Source of the DNA: a virus
Lineage: Duplodnaviria > Caudoviricetes
Reading direction: 5' to 3' (one strand)
IMG/VR virus record: IMGVR_UViG_3300040971_000209
Location: 1-33,656 of that record
Length of the DNA: 33,656 nucleotides
Shown: piece after piece, positions 31,623 through 33,656 of the stretch
Position numbering within the stretch: the first letter of the stretch is position 1
Layout: each line of letters begins with the position of its first letter
The notes under the pieces: generated by a model
The model's input: only the letters and a program-made list of their open reading frames with translations
Told to the model about the DNA's origin: nothing
The model's database searches: none
Translations under genes and position numbers: made by a program

Positions 31623-31865
31623 CTAACCAATCGCGACGGCAATCGCCCAGACAAGGCAGAGCGCCGTCGCGATCACCATGCCGACACGACCCATGAGCAT
31701 CCCGCTGATGGCAGCAAACAGACAGGAGATTGGAATGATAATCGCAAGTCCCAGCGCTTTGTCAAAGGCGATCCGGCCATCGTTCGACAGCAGTACCACT
31801 ACCATAACGGCAAAGATTGCAGCCACCAGCACGTTTTTACTGGACAAGGATTGAGTTGACGCCAT
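31623..31865 (-). CDS. Small three-TM membrane protein (80 aa), antisense moron
   Basis: GGAGGT SD on minus strand (31878-31873) before ATG 31865; MASTQSLSSKNVLVAAIFAVMVVVLL...GLAIIIPISCLFAAISG...MVIATALCLVWAIAVAIG. Confidence 0.7.
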   Translation of the reverse strand: MASTQSLSSKNVLVAAIFAVMVVVLLSNDGRIAFDKALGLAIIIPISCLFAAISGMLMGRVGMVIATALCLVWAIAVAIG

Positions 31866-33656
31866 GAAAAACACCTCCATTGAAATAAAATTAACCGTTG
31901 ATCCGGGAGAAGTCAAGACCGGGCTCGCCAAGGTGCAGGCAGACTTTAAGGCGGCGTCATCCGGAATCACCCAAGCATTGCAGTCCATTAAGGGTTTTGC
32001 CGACCTGAAGAAGCAGACGGCGGAGATTGCCAAGGATTATGGCGAGGCCCAGCGCAAGGTTGTGGAGTTGGCCAGGAAGATGGCGGACGGCGCAGGCGGC
32101 GCCGCATTGGCCAGGGATTTTGATAAGGCCAAGCTGGCGGCGGGAAAGCTGAAAGATTCCCTCGCGGCCCACAATCAGCAGTTGCATTCCGTGCGGGGAA
32201 CCATGGCGGCGGCCGGGGTGTCCACTGCCAATCTGGCCGGGCAGCAGGCGGAATTACGGAAACAGCTTGAGGCCACCAAACAAAAATATCAAACCCTTGC
32301 CAATGTCGCCCAGGCTCGCACCACCTTGGGCGTCACCCCCCACGCCGATATTGCCAAAGAGATCGACCGGGCCAAGGCGGCCTATGCCACCCTGCGGACG
32401 TCCGGCATCGCCACCACAAATGAGCTGGCCCAGGCCAAGGTGCGGTTGCGGGAGCAGATCACCGAGTTGCGCGAGGAGACAAACGGTTGGCGGGCATCCC
32501 TGAGCAACGTAAAAATGGGGATGCTGGAGATTGCCGCCGTCGCTGCCCCGACAGTCCTGGCGATCGGCCAGGCGATCAAGTTTGAGTCCTCCATGGCCAA
32601 TGTCAAAAAGGTGGTGGAGGGAACGCCGCAGGAATTTGCCGCTCTGCGCGGTGAGCTGCTGGAGTTGACCAGAGTGATCCCCATGACCGCTAACGAGCTG
32701 GCCGCAATCGCCGCCGCCGGTGGGCAGTTGGGCATCGCCGGCAAGGATATGACGGCCTTTGTGACCGTCACCGCGAAGATGGCCACCGCTTTCACCATGA
32801 CGGCGGAAGAGGCCGGAGAGGCGATTGGGAAGATTAAGACCTTGTACGGGTTGAGCATTTCCGAGATCGAGGCCTTGGGCGACACCATCAACCGGCTCGG
32901 CAACACCACGGCGGCAAAAGAGAAGGACATTGTCGATGTGATGCTGCGGATCGGCGGCTCAGTCAAGCAGGTGGGGATGGGCAACGACCAGGCCGCTGCC
33001 CTGGCCTCGACCATGTTGTCTCTTGGCATGCAGACCGAGGTGGCGGGGACGGCGATCAATGCCATGATTAACCGGCTGCTGACCGGGACCATGCAGAGTG
33101 GCGAGTTTCAGGACGCCCTGGCCAAGATCGGCCTCAACGCCGAACAGATGGCCGCCATGATCTCCACGTCCCCGCAACAGGCGATAGACACCCTGCTGAC
33201 CTCGCTGGGCCAGTTGAGTGGGCAAAACCAGGCCGAGGTCTTGACCGGCCTTTTCGGCCGGGAGCATCAGGATGAGATTGCCAGGCTGGTAACCGGTGTG
33301 GATGCCTATCGGCAGTCATTGGCCGATCTTGGTAATCAGGAGAATGTCACCGGCGCTATGAATAAGGAATTTGAAGAGCGCCTCAAGACTACCGAGGCCC
33401 AGCTGAAGCTCTTAAAAAACTCGGTGAACGAGGCGGGGATCAACCTGGGGACGGTGTTCTTGCCGGCGATCCGCGACATTATCGCGCCGCTCACGAAAGG
33501 CATCCAACTGCTGGCGGATTTTGCCGAGGAGTTTCCCAATCTATCCGCCGCCATGGTGACGATTGGCACCGGCGCCGTTGCCTTTGGCACGATTGTGAAG
33601 ATGGCAGGCATTGCGAGACTTGCGGTCATCAGCATGAAGACAGACGTGGTGGCGGC
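31864..33656 (+). CDS. Tail tape measure protein, TP901-type (3' end outside window)
   Basis: MKNTSIEIKLTVD..., AIKFESSMANVKKVV, ELAAIAAAGGQLGI, LGDTINRLGN, EVAGTAIN, LFGREH; Ala-rich helical; no stop seen to the window end. Confidence 0.93.
   Translation, partial: MKNTSIEIKLTVDPGEVKTGLAKVQADFKAASSGITQALQSIKGFADLKKQTAEIAKDYGEAQRKVVELARKMADGAGGAALARDFDKAKLAAGKLKDSLAAHNQQLHSVRGTMAAAGVSTANLAGQQAELRKQLEATKQKYQTLANVAQARTTLGVTPHADIAKEIDRAKAAYATLRTSGIATTNELAQAKVRLREQITELREETNGWRASLSNVKMGMLEIAAVAAPTVLAIGQAIKFESSMANVKKVVEGTPQEFAALRGELLELTRVIPMTANELAAIAAAGGQLGIAGKDMTAFVTVTAKMATAFTMTAEEAGEAIGKIKTLYGLSISEIEALGDTINRLGNTTAAKEKDIVDVMLRIGGSVKQVGMGNDQAAALASTMLSLGMQTEVAGTAINAMINRLLTGTMQSGEFQDALAKIGLNAEQMAAMISTSPQQAIDTLLTSLGQLSGQNQAEVLTGLFGREHQDEIARLVTGVDAYRQSLADLGNQENVTGAMNKEFEERLKTTEAQLKLLKNSVNEAGINLGTVFLPAIRDIIAPLTKGIQLLADFAEEFPNLSAAMVTIGTGAVAFGTIVKMAGIARLAVISMKTDVVA

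Larger units (their letters stand above)
1211..33656. mobile_element. Temperate prophage (lambda-like head, siphovirus-type tail, P4/D5-type replication); right end outside window
   Basis: Integrase next to a split tRNA, cI/cro switch, replication, terminase, portal, capsid, tail and tape measure genes. Confidence 0.96.

Overview
The window holds the 5' part of a host pyruvate kinase gene (minus strand, <1-964), then the left ~32.4 kb of a temperate prophage inserted in the anticodon arm of a tRNA gene (probably tRNA-Asn; only its 5' half is here). In order, the prophage carries: a large serine integrase; a leftward repressor operon; a cI/cro switch; early genes; a lambda-like cos site (~7124-7190); a P4/D5-type helicase and TOPRIM primase; a C4-antisense-controlled Rha gene; an HNH gene; terS and terL (GpA family); ~6.7 kb of small accessory genes; a terminator and repeat cluster; and a lambda-like head module (W, portal, S49 protease with nested scaffold, D, E) followed by siphovirus-type tail genes up to a tape measure gene cut by the window end. 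Main unusual observations: (1) two mutually similar integron attC-like sites in reverse orientation, one built on the terL stop codon, each followed by an ORF ending in the complementary core site, i.e. apparent integrase-less gene cassettes inside a phage operon; (2) a cos site 6.3 kb upstream of terS, with the packaging module split across operons; (3) re-use of the phage's own protein C-termini (helicase C-terminal domain fused to Rha; terS C-terminus as a separate 29-aa ORF); (4) a serine integrase that has split a tRNA; (5) heptamer and REP-like repeats at operon junctions. All family assignments come from motif recognition by eye; no searches were run.
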